52,949 nt of DNA. Origin: a virus. Its lineage: Duplodnaviria > Caudoviricetes. The DNA lies in IMG/VR virus record IMGVR_UViG_3300031841_001392, positions 1-52,949 of that record; one strand, given 5' to 3'. Numbering within the stretch: the first letter of the stretch is position 1; the number at the start of each line of letters is the position of its first letter. Below are positions 24,851-35,300 of this stretch, piece after piece. A program made the translations under genes and the position numbers. The notes beneath the pieces are model-generated. The model made no database searches. It worked only from the letters and a program-made list of their open reading frames with translations, and was not told the origin of the DNA.

Positions 24851-26594
24851 CGTCGGTCTCGTTAAAGTCTTTCACCCTTGGCGGCGAGAACGGGTCTGGC
24901 AGATCGTCATAGCTGATTTCACTGTACCTGCCCGTAGGTATGTCATAGTCCAAGACGGTGCCGCCCGTAGTGCCTATCCATTTGAACCTGACCTTCCAGA
25001 CATGTATCTCAGTGGCCTTCTCTGGGCTGAGGTGTACGGTGATCCCAAGGTCTGCCTTGGCAAAGAAGCTGGCGCTACCAGAGATGTTCATCCCCTTTGG
25101 CACCGCTGTTGTGCCGTCTGGGTTGGTTGGCATCTTGGCTGGGTGAGCGATAAACCAGATGTGAATCTGATTGGCTCTAGCAAACGCAACAAGCCTAGTC
25201 AGCATCTCATTGATGCCCTGATGCTCATTGTCCAATGACCTACTCTGCGAAATGTAATTGTACGGATCGATGACCAAGCCTCGTATGCCCAGCCTCATAA
25301 CAGCTTGCCTAGCGCGGTCTAGGATACTGTCGATTGTGGTTGCCTCGCCTCCACGCTGCTCCAAGAACAGGAAGTGATCGTTGACCCAGTTCATAGCACT
25401 GACAGACTCAACCCTGCTCATGCGGTTTGGCATCCCGTCAAAGAACGGCTTGCCGACAAACTTTTCTGATAGCTTGGCGATGTGCAGGGGAGGTGGGTTC
25501 TCAAAGCTTGCAATGGCAAACCTCCAGCCCTCGTTTTGTGCCAGATTAACCATTATCTGGTCAATAAACTCAGACTTGCCAGATCCCGGCAGTCCGGTAA
25601 CCACAGACAACTGCCCCGGCACCACTGTGAATAACCTATCGACAGACGGTATCCCCGTAGACATCCCGCCCACCAAGCCGTTGTCGTACAGGTGAGCAAT
25701 GTCCAAAGCATAGTCATCCGCTGAGTACACACCCTCCAACGGCATAGCTGCCGCCCTGTCAATTGCCAGTGCCAATGCCTCTGGCCCAAGCTTTACCAGA
25801 ACATCGTTTGCGTCCTTGCATCCATCAGGCCATTCGACAGACCAGCACTTGGCCCTACCGATACGCCTAGCCAACTCCTCAGCCAATGCGAACCCAGCAT
25901 CGTCACCGTCAGCAGCTAGGACAATCCTGTCTACCCGCTCAATCAAATCCTTTGCCGCCCAGATGTAGGCGAACTTGTTATCGTCTTCTGGGTTTAGTTC
26001 TTTTGTGCTTACTTTCTGTGGCGCACCGTTGGGTACGCTGACGCAGGAATCTATGCCAGCCGTAGCGCATGCCAGCAAATCCATTTCACCCTCGACAATG
26101 ACCAGTGTGGTTGCGTCATCTGGCACCTGCTCTGCACCCCACAGGGTTCGGGCAGCACCGTCTTGTGTAAACGCCTTGCCCTCGACGCTACGCCACTTCA
26201 CTGCTTCTTTGTTGCCGTAGACAAAACCGATAGACGGCTGCTCACCGCTGTTGTGGTAGAACTTTGTGCCACTAACGACCGGATACCTGTCAACGACAGA
26301 CGGGTCTATACCTCTATCTGACAAGCATTTACTGATCAACTCTTTATCGGTGGTCTTCGGTACGGATATTGCCCTGACTTTGGGTGCCTGTGGGCGGTAG
26401 TCTGGATGGTCTGTTTTGCCAGCTAAACCGCAATGATGGCAGTGATACAGGGTTGTGTTCCCGTCCATCGTTACAGTCATTGATTTCATGCCCTTCTTCT
26501 TTCTTGTTTCACTGCATACTGGGCAAGGTATACGAGCGTTCTCGGTGTATTGGACTAGGATCGAATCCAAGTCTTCTTTATTTAGCATTTGCAC
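24828..26594 (-). CDS. Primase-helicase (T7 gp4 / Twinkle-like)
   Basis: CPVC...CHHC Zn finger, TOPRIM VEGEMD and DGDDAG, KDANDVL, TGLPGSGKS Walker A, LVIDPYN, IAHPAK. Confidence 0.93.
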   Translation of the reverse strand: MQMLNKEDLDSILVQYTENARIPCPVCSETRKKKGMKSMTVTMDGNTTLYHCHHCGLAGKTDHPDYRPQAPKVRAISVPKTTDKELISKCLSDRGIDPSVVDRYPVVSGTKFYHNSGEQPSIGFVYGNKEAVKWRSVEGKAFTQDGAARTLWGAEQVPDDATTLVIVEGEMDLLACATAGIDSCVSVPNGAPQKVSTKELNPEDDNKFAYIWAAKDLIERVDRIVLAADGDDAGFALAEELARRIGRAKCWSVEWPDGCKDANDVLVKLGPEALALAIDRAAAMPLEGVYSADDYALDIAHLYDNGLVGGMSTGIPSVDRLFTVVPGQLSVVTGLPGSGKSEFIDQIMVNLAQNEGWRFAIASFENPPPLHIAKLSEKFVGKPFFDGMPNRMSRVESVSAMNWVNDHFLFLEQRGGEATTIDSILDRARQAVMRLGIRGLVIDPYNYISQSRSLDNEHQGINEMLTRLVAFARANQIHIWFIAHPAKMPTNPDGTTAVPKGMNISGSASFFAKADLGITVHLSPEKATEIHVWKVRFKWIGTTGGTVLDYDIPTGRYSEISYDDLPDPFSPPRVKDFNETDDEWDVEI

Positions 26595-26635
26595 TCCTGC
26601 TTTTGCTGTGGTTAAAATCCACCGTCAGGTGGTCT

Positions 26636-26703
26636 TAGGAATATGCCCAGCTTGGAACATTCCTTAAATAATTAGGAATCTTCCTGAACAGGAATATTCC
26701 TAG
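26636..26703. promoter_or_regulatory. Second AGGAATMTTCCT cluster, upstream of primase-helicase
   Basis: TAGGAATATGCC 26636, GGAACATTCCT 26654, TAGGAATCTTCCT 26673, AGGAATATTCCTAG 26690. Confidence 0.7.
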
Positions 26704-26968
26704 CCGGTTTTATCACCTCCTCCAGCAGATCCATCACCGCCCTCTTCCTTTCAACACCCCGCAACTGAGCAGCAGCCAAAGCTTGTTGCCTAAAGTCAGC
26801 ACTTACATTGAACGGCATAGTGATTGTCTCATCTGCAAAATATTGGATGGCACTGATTCTATCTCTTGAGGAATCTGAGTCGATATCTTTTACAGTTTGC
26901 ATAAAAATTCTTTTCTTAAGTTTTCTCCTGCGCTTTTTCCACGCAGATTTCTGCTCTCGGCTGATCAC
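26672..26968 (-). CDS. Hypothetical protein
   Basis: Fills the gap between RusA and primase; start uncertain. Confidence 0.45.
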   Translation of the reverse strand: MISREQKSAWKKRRRKLKKRIFMQTVKDIDSDSSRDRISAIQYFADETITMPFNVSADFRQQALAAAQLRGVERKRAVMDLLEEVIKPARNIPVQEDS

Positions 26969-27290
26969 GGTCTAACCCCCAAAAAATGTGTTTTTGTTTC
27001 ACCTGCCTGTCGTTCTCATAAATCTTGTCCTGCATGCAGTCTAGGATTACCGATTCATCCAGATCAGGTCTTCTCGTTGCATAGAAAATATTCATGGTCA
27101 CCGACAGATCCCCCTCCAGAAGCTTTGGTAGTACAGGGCATTGCTTGGCAAACGTGTCTACATAATCCCTAGCCTTCTTGCTTTTGATGAACGCAGTCTT
27201 CCCCCGAATCGTCACAAGCTTTCGGCTATTTGCTTTCGATGCAGGTTCACCATAAATTGTGAACTGTACTGTTGTCAATGTATACTCCAT
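26916..27290 (-). CDS. rusA: RusA-like Holliday junction resolvase
   Basis: FTIYGEPASKANS...RRPDLD...ILDCMQDKIYENDRQV; start may be TTG 27278. Confidence 0.8.
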   Translation of the reverse strand: MEYTLTTVQFTIYGEPASKANSRKLVTIRGKTAFIKSKKARDYVDTFAKQCPVLPKLLEGDLSVTMNIFYATRRPDLDESVILDCMQDKIYENDRQVKQKHIFWGLDRDQPRAEICVEKAQEKT

Positions 27291-27300
27291 ATGCTAGATT
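27272..27300 (+). promoter_or_regulatory. Sigma70-type promoter for the recombination operon
   Basis: TTGTCA-17 nt-TAGATT with TGn extension, at the point of strand divergence. Confidence 0.5.
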
Positions 27301-27386
27301 CGGTACTCACTCTAGCATACACACTGGACACATGGCTAAAATCAAATCATTTTTAACCGCATTGGAAGACGAAGGGTTCATCACTT

Positions 27387-27710
27387 ATGACGAGCAACAA
27401 CGAAGATTTATTGGTCTTGGAGGACAATGTCCCACTACCCAAGGACAACCGCATGGGCGCGGGAGAAAGCCTGCCAGCAAACTTCAAAAAGATTGTGGAA
27501 CAGATGAGGGTTGACCAATCCTTTTTTGTCCCGACTGAGAGCGAGGCGCATCGCAAAGCGAAAACCAACGCCATTAGGTCAGCAATACGGAGAATGCAGA
27601 ACGATGTTAAAAGCAGTGTGGAACCGGATTCGACATTTTCTGTCAGAAAATACCCTGATCCAAAACGTGGGGCAGGACAATACGGTTTACGAGTTTATCG
27701 AGTCACCTAA
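27387..27710 (+). CDS. Small putative DNA-binding protein
   Basis: LEDNVPLP...MRVDQSFFVP...FSVRK...GLRVYRV pattern. Confidence 0.6.
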   Translation: MTSNNEDLLVLEDNVPLPKDNRMGAGESLPANFKKIVEQMRVDQSFFVPTESEAHRKAKTNAIRSAIRRMQNDVKSSVEPDSTFSVRKYPDPKRGAGQYGLRVYRVT

Positions 27711-27732
27711 AGAGCAAACGCAGGAGTGCAAT

Positions 27733-28038
27733 ATGTTCAAGATCGAAGACAGTCCTAAGCCACCCTCGAAAGAATCTCTATTGAGGATTGAGGTTATGGA
27801 GACCATAGCAGCGTTGAAGGCCGGTCAGCACTTTGATGTGCCTTATGACTACGAAGGCCTTGGCAAGGTTCGGGTTGTGAGCTGTGTCAACAACTACGTC
27901 AGCCAGTTCAGAATTGGGCAGGGTAAAGACTGTCCGTTCATTTACAAGGTCACTAACTGTAAAAAGGAAAAAGGCGGGTACTCTCGCGTTTCCATGCACA
28001 AGTGGCACAAAGTTCTACCACAACACGAAATACGATGA
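27733..28038 (+). CDS. Probable paralog of the preceding protein
   Basis: AGGAG RBS before MFKIEDSPKPP...LKAGQHFDVP...YSRV. Confidence 0.55.
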   Translation: MFKIEDSPKPPSKESLLRIEVMETIAALKAGQHFDVPYDYEGLGKVRVVSCVNNYVSQFRIGQGKDCPFIYKVTNCKKEKGGYSRVSMHKWHKVLPQHEIR

Positions 28039-28916
28039 AGATTACTAACCAGTTCAACCTCCCTGATGTCGTTGTGGATGCATTGCTGCAAGATGATTAC
28101 ACCAAGGGCAGGTCAAACAGGTCTGTTACAAGCCTTATCGACAGCCCCCGTGTAGCGATATTGCAGCGCAATAACGAACACCGGATAGAGCAGGATGTCG
28201 TGGATTTCCTGTGGTCTCGGTTCGGCACATCTGTTCACGGCATGTTTGAGAAGGCGGTAGCCAACAATGAGCATGCCAACGTGATATCAGAGGAACGCAT
28301 GTACGCCGAGGTCAGGGGTTGGACGATTAGCGGTGCTGTTGATTTGCAGGAAGTGTATGACGATGGCGTACTGATCAGCGACTACAAAGTCACATCAGTG
28401 TGGTCTGTCATTCATGACAAGACTGAGTGGCACAATCAACTGAACGCATATGCTTGGCTTGTTCGCTGGTCTAAAGATTTACCAGTCAAGGGGCTAAGGA
28501 TCATTGCAATCCTGCGTGATTGGCAGAGGCGTAAAGCCCAGATGGAGGCAGACTACCCTAAGTCGCCAATCCATATTGTCGAGATACCCTTGTGGTCAGA
28601 GGACGATGCCGACAAGTACATACGAGGACGGGTGAGGCTTCATCAGGAGGCTGAGTACGACTATCTGGTCAGTGGCAGCGATCTACCGGCCTGTACAGCC
28701 GCTGAGAGATGGGAGAAGCCAACTACCTATGCTGTACTCAAAAAAGGCCGTAAACGGGCTGTGCGCGTTCTGACAACGAGAGAAGAAGCTGAGGCCTACA
28801 TCGAACCACTTGGCACAGGCCATGCGATAGAGGAGAGGCTTGGTGAGTCAACCCGATGTTCGCAAGACTGGTGCCGTGTAGCGAGGTGGTGTGATCAATT
28901 TCAAATGGAGTCTTGA
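28035..28916 (+). CDS. PD-(D/E)XK Cas4-like exonuclease
   Basis: SVTSLIDSPR, FGTSVH, ISGAVD, ISDYKVTS, QLNAYAWL, C-terminal Cys cluster; ATGA overlap start. Confidence 0.85.
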   Translation: MKITNQFNLPDVVVDALLQDDYTKGRSNRSVTSLIDSPRVAILQRNNEHRIEQDVVDFLWSRFGTSVHGMFEKAVANNEHANVISEERMYAEVRGWTISGAVDLQEVYDDGVLISDYKVTSVWSVIHDKTEWHNQLNAYAWLVRWSKDLPVKGLRIIAILRDWQRRKAQMEADYPKSPIHIVEIPLWSEDDADKYIRGRVRLHQEAEYDYLVSGSDLPACTAAERWEKPTTYAVLKKGRKRAVRVLTTREEAEAYIEPLGTGHAIEERLGESTRCSQDWCRVARWCDQFQMES

Positions 28917-29103
28917 GTTGGAAACAGAAAAAGGAAAAGTGAAGTTGGAGGCGACTTACAATAGTGATAACCGCCAGCTAACAGTGGTAGTAAACCCGAT
29001 AGATCCAGACACAGTGTCTGAAGCGGTCTATGAGTTGTTGAATTGGTGCGAGGGTTTCCTGCACGAAAAGATCACCAAGATTGAGGGCTTGGGTGATGAT
29101 TGA
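28891..29103 (+). CDS. Hypothetical protein
   Basis: GAGGTG RBS before GTG; fills the operon. Confidence 0.5.
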   Translation: MINFKWSLELETEKGKVKLEATYNSDNRQLTVVVNPIDPDTVSEAVYELLNWCEGFLHEKITKIEGLGDD

Positions 29104-29377
29104 GTCCGACAAGCCAACCTACGAAAAGATGGTTGCCGTGTTTCAAATTACGCAGATCCCTGCGCTACAGATGGCGATAAGGGGTGATCAGGCTTCGTTC
29201 AATTGGGCTAAGGGTTTTCTCTTTGGGTTTCCAATGAGTCAGTTCTACCAGCTTGAGCCGATTGAGATCTCTAACATACTAGAAGCTGCGCTTGAGGAGC
29301 ATTACGGGGTGCCAAAGCGGCACTACAGAAATAAATTAACGGGGTTCAGTAAAGACCCATTCAGTTCACAAAACTAA
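29096..29377 (+). CDS. Hypothetical protein
   Basis: GAGG RBS before ATG 29096; fills the operon. Confidence 0.55.
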   Translation: MIESDKPTYEKMVAVFQITQIPALQMAIRGDQASFNWAKGFLFGFPMSQFYQLEPIEISNILEAALEEHYGVPKRHYRNKLTGFSKDPFSSQN

Positions 29378-29396
29378 TCCATAGCAGGAGTGCAAC

Positions 29397-30119
29397 ATGG
29401 AAAATGACGTATCGCTAGGCGATATCTGGGCCACCCTTTACCCAGTGAAATGCAACGAGTTTGCAAAGAAGAAAAACGGGTTGACCTATTTGGCTTGGAA
29501 CGAGGCTTGGCGGCTGCTCATGAGCCACTACCCTACCGCTCATTACGAGTTCGGGGAGAACGAGGTTCATGCTGATGGCTCGCAAACAGTTCACTGCACA
29601 GTAGCTATCGCAGGCCATGCACGGCACATGTGGTTGCCGGTCATGGACTACAAGAACAAGGCTATACCTAACCCCAACGCCCGTGATGTCAGCGACACAA
29701 AGATGCGCTGCTTGGTTAAGACCATTGCAATGTTCGGGCTAGGGTTCCATATATTTCAAGGGCAGGTTCAGCCTGAAGACACATGGGACGATTCCACAGA
29801 AGAGGCGAAAGAAGACAAGCCCGTCGCTGAAAAGCCGGTTGCCAAGAAGCCTGCTGCAAAGAAGCCAGAGCCAGAGTTTGACGATGATGACTTCTTTTTC
29901 ACCGATACTCAGGAGGGTGCAGACCACTGGGTAGATCGGTTAATCGAAACGGTGAACGGGCTGGTGGAGACCAAGAAGGGTCTACGCAGTATCTGGGATG
30001 GAAATAAGAAGGCGGTGGACAAGCTACAGGCTGAGTACCCCGAATCTTACAAACGATTGGCTGACGTTATGAAAGCCAAGCAAGACGAACTAAAGAAGAA
30101 GGAGTCCGAAAATGGATAG
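29397..30119 (+). CDS. Single-strand annealing protein, Sak3/DUF1071 (Rad52-like)
   Basis: LTYLAWNEAW...MWLPVMDYKNKAI...MRCLVKTIAMFGLG. Confidence 0.85.
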   Translation: MENDVSLGDIWATLYPVKCNEFAKKKNGLTYLAWNEAWRLLMSHYPTAHYEFGENEVHADGSQTVHCTVAIAGHARHMWLPVMDYKNKAIPNPNARDVSDTKMRCLVKTIAMFGLGFHIFQGQVQPEDTWDDSTEEAKEDKPVAEKPVAKKPAAKKPEPEFDDDDFFFTDTQEGADHWVDRLIETVNGLVETKKGLRSIWDGNKKAVDKLQAEYPESYKRLADVMKAKQDELKKKESENG

Positions 30120-30438
30120 TCAATATCCCAAGGGTGAAGGTGGGTTGTGGATGCACGACAAGAAGAACGAAAAGCATCCGGATATGCGAGGTCATATCTA
30201 TGTGTCGAGAGACCAGCTTAAGTTGTTGTTGGAGATGGCAAAGGACAACCAAGCGAACCCAGACCCAGAGTTTAAGCTCAAGGTTGATATCGCTATGTGG
30301 AACCGTGTCGCCAAGGATACTGGGCGAGAGTACAAGTACCTCAGCACGGAGGTCTACAAACCAAAGCCAAAGCAGGTTGAGCCACAATCTGACTTCGGCG
30401 GCATGGACGATGGGCTAGACGAAGATATACCGTTTTAG
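30112..30438 (+). CDS. SSB-like protein
   Basis: KKNEKHPDMRGHI...YLS; acidic tail DDGLDEDIPF; follows the annealase. Confidence 0.7.
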   Translation: MDSQYPKGEGGLWMHDKKNEKHPDMRGHIYVSRDQLKLLLEMAKDNQANPDPEFKLKVDIAMWNRVAKDTGREYKYLSTEVYKPKPKQVEPQSDFGGMDDGLDEDIPF

Positions 30439-30446
30439 GGGGTCGC

Positions 30447-30728
30447 ATGGGTTTGATAATAGAGATTGACGAGAAAACTCGTATTACCACAGATCGGTTC
30501 AACTGGATTGTGCAAAAGCATGTTGGTAGTAACTGGGCAAGCAAAAGCTACCATCGCAGTTACAAAGACGCTTTGAGGCAGATGACTGAAGACCAGATCT
30601 TGAACAGCAATGCCGGTGACCTGCAAGAGTCCATTGAGCGAGTCGAGGACATCATTGATCAGCTAGTCGATATGCACAAAGACCTGTTGGTGCATCCCAG
30701 TGATCAGAAGCTTGCTGATGCGTCTTGA
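30447..30728 (+). CDS. Hypothetical protein
   Basis: 93-aa ORF, ITTDRFNWIVQK...SYHRS. Confidence 0.6.
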   Translation: MGLIIEIDEKTRITTDRFNWIVQKHVGSNWASKSYHRSYKDALRQMTEDQILNSNAGDLQESIERVEDIIDQLVDMHKDLLVHPSDQKLADAS

Positions 30729-31119
30729 TATCAAGGGTTCTGGTGTCGGTGAAGCACTGGGGCCGATATGCGCCCTAGTGCCTAACCGTAGCGCCGAGAT
30801 TATGGATTTGTTTATGCGCTGCAAGAAGGGCTTGGTCATTGAACTAAAGCCCTTGCAGAAGGGCAGGAGTCGCAACCAAGAGGGGTATTACCGTAAGTGG
30901 TGTGCGGCGTTTGCAGATCACTGCGGAATGACACCTGATGAGATGCATGAGGAGATGCTTTGCATGACCTTCGGCAGCGTTGAGGTTGAGACCAAGTTTG
31001 GTATGCGCCGTAGGCCAGTGACTCGCAGCGGAGAGACCAACACAGCAACATACTCACGGTTAATAGATAACCTGATCAACACCGCTGCTGATATGGACTT
31101 TAGGGTGCCACCGTCATGA
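30718..31119 (+). CDS. NinB/Orf-like recombination protein
   Basis: RSRNQEGYYRKW...TPDEMHE...TRS...YSRLIDNL. Confidence 0.65.
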   Translation: MRLDIKGSGVGEALGPICALVPNRSAEIMDLFMRCKKGLVIELKPLQKGRSRNQEGYYRKWCAAFADHCGMTPDEMHEEMLCMTFGSVEVETKFGMRRRPVTRSGETNTATYSRLIDNLINTAADMDFRVPPS

Positions 31120-31532
31120 GGCCTACATATGAGACAGACCAAGACGTTGAGTACGAGAAGCATGTTGCGGATGTGTTTGCAGAAAAGCACGGTATGACTT
31201 GGGTCAGAAACCCTGTGAAGTACCCGATAGACATTAGCTTTATGCGGGGCAATGAAATTGTCTTGTTTGCCGAGATAAAGTGTCGAAAGGTAAACAAAGA
31301 CACCTACCCGACATACATGATATCTGTGTCGAAGGTTATGGCTGCTAGGGCATTAACAGACGCAACGGGTGTAGAGTGCCTACTGATTGTGAAATGGAAA
31401 GATAATGCTGGTTGGATAAACCTGAACAAAGATCCTGACAGTGTAGGGTTTGGTGGTCGGGTAGATCGTAACGACAGTCAGGATATGGAGCCTGTTGTCT
31501 ATTACAACATCATCCGGTTTAAGGATTTTTGA
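31116..31532 (+). CDS. PD-(D/E)XK-type nuclease
   Basis: YPIDISF...FAEIKCR...LIVKWKD...GGRVDRNDSQDMEP. Confidence 0.65.
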   Translation: MRPTYETDQDVEYEKHVADVFAEKHGMTWVRNPVKYPIDISFMRGNEIVLFAEIKCRKVNKDTYPTYMISVSKVMAARALTDATGVECLLIVKWKDNAGWINLNKDPDSVGFGGRVDRNDSQDMEPVVYYNIIRFKDF

Positions 31533-31551
31533 ACTGTGAGGTAAAAAGGCA

Positions 31552-31775
31552 GGCGAGTGACAGCGTCAGTCTTCTCTATTAAGGAAGCATGTGTCCTTAA
31601 CCAGTGAAATAGGCGTGGTGAAGCGTAGGTTCACAGGCTTTTGACAAGAGAGCAGTCATGACTACCAACTGCGCCAACTGTCACGCTAGAATTAGGATTG
31701 ACCAAAGGGATCATCACACCCTTCCAACACCGCCCCGTCCGGTGGGTCAGACGGCGGGACTTTTTAGGCCACGGC
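31552..31775 (+). ncRNA. Candidate multi-branched structured RNA
   Basis: GTGACAG/CTGTCAC 31557-31684 encloses TTAAGGA/TCCTTAA and a four-way junction; terminator-like CCGTC/GACGG hairpin plus T-run follows. Confidence 0.45.
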
Positions 31776-31867
31776 TCGGGGGTTCATCCTTTGCCTCCGC
31801 TCTCTCCTCATCACGTTCCCGTCCGTGAGGCCGCAGGCGGGGCTTTATAATTACTGGTGAATAATTA

Positions 31868-32080
31868 ATGCCCAAGTTCCACATAGTGACACACGAAATA
31901 CTGTGCAAGTACGCAGAGGTAGAGGCCGAAACCAGAGAAGAGGCCGAGAAGGTAGCAGAAGCTAACGGTGGCACATGGCTCCGACTACCCATGATATTGG
32001 AAAGACGGGTGATCAGGACTCATGACCAGAATGAGCCTCACGAAACGGCACAACAACTAGAGGAGATGTCTGGTGTCTAA
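31868..32080 (+). CDS. Small phage protein (EVEAETREEAEKVA motif)
   Basis: VEAxxxEEA motif common in small phage proteins. Confidence 0.6.
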   Translation: MPKFHIVTHEILCKYAEVEAETREEAEKVAEANGGTWLRLPMILERRVIRTHDQNEPHETAQQLEEMSGV

Positions 32081-32300
32081 GGAAAGTGTTGAAGAGTTCC
32101 TTGCCCGTGGTGGCAAGATACAGGAAGTGCCTTTTGGCGAAATTACCATCAAAGATCCAAAGCTCGGCAACCATGGCCCAAGCAAAGTAACTGCTCAGGC
32201 GCACATAAGAGCTAGTCAAAAGCGTGAGCAGAAGAAAGACAAAGCCAAATCCAAGGTTAAGGTGTTTGGGTTCAACAGGCCCAGCCCTAAAAAAGATTAG
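32073..32300 (+). CDS. Small phage protein (VEEFLARGGKIQEVPFG)
   Basis: GAGGAG RBS; converges on and overlaps the end of the giant gene. Confidence 0.6.
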   Translation: MSKESVEEFLARGGKIQEVPFGEITIKDPKLGNHGPSKVTAQAHIRASQKREQKKDKAKSKVKVFGFNRPSPKKD

Positions 32301-35300
32301 ATATCCTGTTAGCTATAGTCTCTGTTGCCGTGGGCAGTTCTATATATCTTTCTAGCTGCGGGACGATGCTCAGATAGTACTGCTCTTGAGTATTGATAAA
32401 TCTCATCTGCTCCTGCTTCTGATCTGCCGTCAGGTCAGACTTCAACAACGTTCTACGCTGCTTCCTGAGATCTGCAAGCGCACTGGCTGTAGGCTGTAGC
32501 TGCTTCCTCAGACCTATGAATTGCTTTTTATTTACCAAGAAACTCTCAAGCTCATCAAACCTACCTTGGTCTTGCAGAAGCTTGGCTGCGTTCTCGGTAC
32601 GCTTAATGTAGTCCCACATCTCGTAGAAGTCTTCTTTGTTACCGCCACCAAACTCACTGGCAAAGAATCTTCGTATGATCGGATACTGAGAGACATCGGT
32701 TCCAGCAAGCACCGCTCTGTTGTCTCCTTGAAGAAAGCTGTCTCTCAATCCGTAATCAGCCATGCCCAAGATATAAGATCCAATCGTGCCGCCATAACCT
32801 TTCATCAAATGATCTAGTTTGATCGGGCTGATGCCCAAGACCTTCGCCATATTCTTGGCAACCTCCGTTGTAGAGGCAAGCTCTTGAAGCTCTGGTGGCA
32901 ATGATGAATCTATAAATACGGGAGTTACAGGCCTGCCTGTATAGAGGTCGTAGTTCATGTACGCCTCCATAATTGGAGTTACTGCCTGTGGAGGCTGAAC
33001 ACCAAGCGTTCCAAACACTGCTCGGCCTATTGATTGCTGCGCCTCTCTGGCGGTGGTGCCTTCGTTGTAAGAGTCAATGATCCGCTCAGGCAGCGTCTTG
33101 AAAATAAGGCCAACCTCAAACGGGATTGGAATTCTAACCGGCACACCAGACGGTGTTGGTATAAGCCAGTAGTTGTCTTTTATTTCTTCGGTCTGCTCTT
33201 TGTACTGCTCATCATCACTAACCATTGTGTAGTAAATGGCTGTGCTCGCAGCTATCAAAGATCCTCTGGCGATAAAGCTCATGGCTGCCTGAGAGCGTGA
33301 CAAGTCTCTGTTGGCAGAGCTTTTGCCTGTACCGGCCCGTGCAAGGACATCTAAGCCTTGTATCCTAGCGTTCAAGAAAGGAATCGTTGCTGTAACCAAA
33401 CGCATAACAGGGCTGCTGCCACGGCGACCAAAGTTCAACACTTCCATCGCTTGATAGCTGGCTTCTGCCTCATTACCTGTACGGGCTAATACATCGTTGT
33501 AAACAGCGTTTCTAGTAGCAGCGTCTGAGCGAGTTGTCGCTTGACCAAGAAGATCCCAACCGCCGATAAAGAATTTACTAAGAAGCCCTCTTTGATCTAC
33601 ATTCTTGTTTCTTTTTTGAAGTATCTTTCCTGCGTACTCGCCAATGTTTTCTGGGTCATTCTTGTAGTCATAACCGCCTACAACACCTGTCCTCTCAAGC
33701 TTCTCCATTCCTTCAGCGTAACCAGCAATGGTATCGGCTATTGGCACAAAGCTAGACCCAGAAGTGACGAATGCAGACAGCGAGTCACGCAGCATGTTTG
33801 CAATAACAAACCCCGGCTCCCGTGTAACCATCTCTCGCAAAAAACGGGATGGGAAACCCAGTATCTTAGAAACTTCACGCTCTACACCACCAGCAGGCTC
33901 AACAGTCAACGACTCATATATTAACGGGTCATCAACAATGAACTTACGTCTATTGCCGTTGACTTTGAAGGTGACAACAGCCTCGCCTGTAGTGTTCTGT
34001 CCCGGCTTGACCTCTCTTGCTAGGCCAATGTTTCTCATATCCCTGACAATGCGTTGCTGGGCAACATTCTTCATGCCCATGCTAATCGCTGCGTTCAGGT
34101 TCATGGATATTGCTTCCAAGAGCGGCACGTTAACTTCTTTTTCGCTGCCTTTGATTGCCTTTAGGTCTGCGCTTGCAGTCAGGCCGCCAAAGATGTTCGG
34201 CGCGTTTGGAGTGTCGGCACCTTCTACTTGACGATAGAAAGGCACATAGTCTGACTGGTCTTGCCACATCTCTGCGGTCTCTGCATCAACAACACCCGTA
34301 TCTTTGAGAAACTGAACGGTGTAGCCGTTGTAGTCTTGCCAAGCGTCATACCAGTCCTTGATTATTGAATTGCCATTCTCATCCAAGAAAGACTCTGCGG
34401 TTGCAATGTTAGCTGCATGATCCGCCGGGGTTCCCGGTACAGCTATGCCTTTTGCTCGCAAACGCTCGGATCTCTTAGCTATTGAGTAGGCCTGAGCCAT
34501 TTGCTCAAGAGACCCATGCTCCTTGGTGTACAGCATGGACATCAAATCTATGAGGCCTCTAATTTTTTTGGTTTCGCCCCGACTGTTGGTGTGGTTGAAA
34601 TCCGCTATCTTGGTCATACCGCCTGTGTACACAGGGACACCGTACTGAAGAGCGGCTGCGGTTATCGCATTAGATCTGTCAGCCATCAGAGCGGCAGCCA
34701 AAGACGATGAGTCAGCAAGCAAGTTGCCAAGCATGCCTTGGTAGTTTTCTAGCTGGGCATACCTATTGACCGCTGCCTGTTTAGCCTTGGTCAACCACTT
34801 GGCTATCGGCCCTTGATCTAAGACGTTGAGATAGGTCTGTCCGGGGGTATTCGTGGGTAGGTCTGCAACAACATTGTCTATTGCAGCCTGAGCAGCGGGG
34901 TTTATCTCTGGCGCGTTAGACCTAGAGAATGCAGGCATTTCACTATCTGAAAGCTCTTGGCCTTTGTCTGGGTCGGCTGCTACAGCTTGTGCATATCGGT
35001 CTGCGCCGGGATTAAACCGTGGCACCGTGCCTGCGGGACGATTCTCTGCTATTTGTAGATTGTCAGCTACAACACGGTCAACTTCGCTTTGACCTATGAC
35101 CTCTCTGCGCTTGTATTTATCAAGCAGGTTGAATGGAAGCCCTACGTCTTCAGTCTGTACCTCTCTGGCAGCATCGCCTCTTCCTCTGCGCCTAGAGGCT
35201 GAGTCGGGTCTCGGTCTGGGTACGCCGCCATCAGATAGTTTTCTCTCGTAAGTGGCTGCTTGGTCGCCTTCAGGTATCCCTCCGTCAGATCGTTCCCAGT

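Noticed and set aside
27332-27514. ORF MAKIKSFLTALEDEGFITYDEQQRRF... overlapping the 27387 gene
   Set aside because: N-terminus looks winged-helix-like, but it overlaps a better-supported gene for most of its length; not enough support to call.
31612-31676. tRNA gene
   Set aside because: Cloverleaf-like and ends in CCA, but the acceptor stem is short and there is no canonical T-loop or anticodon arm.
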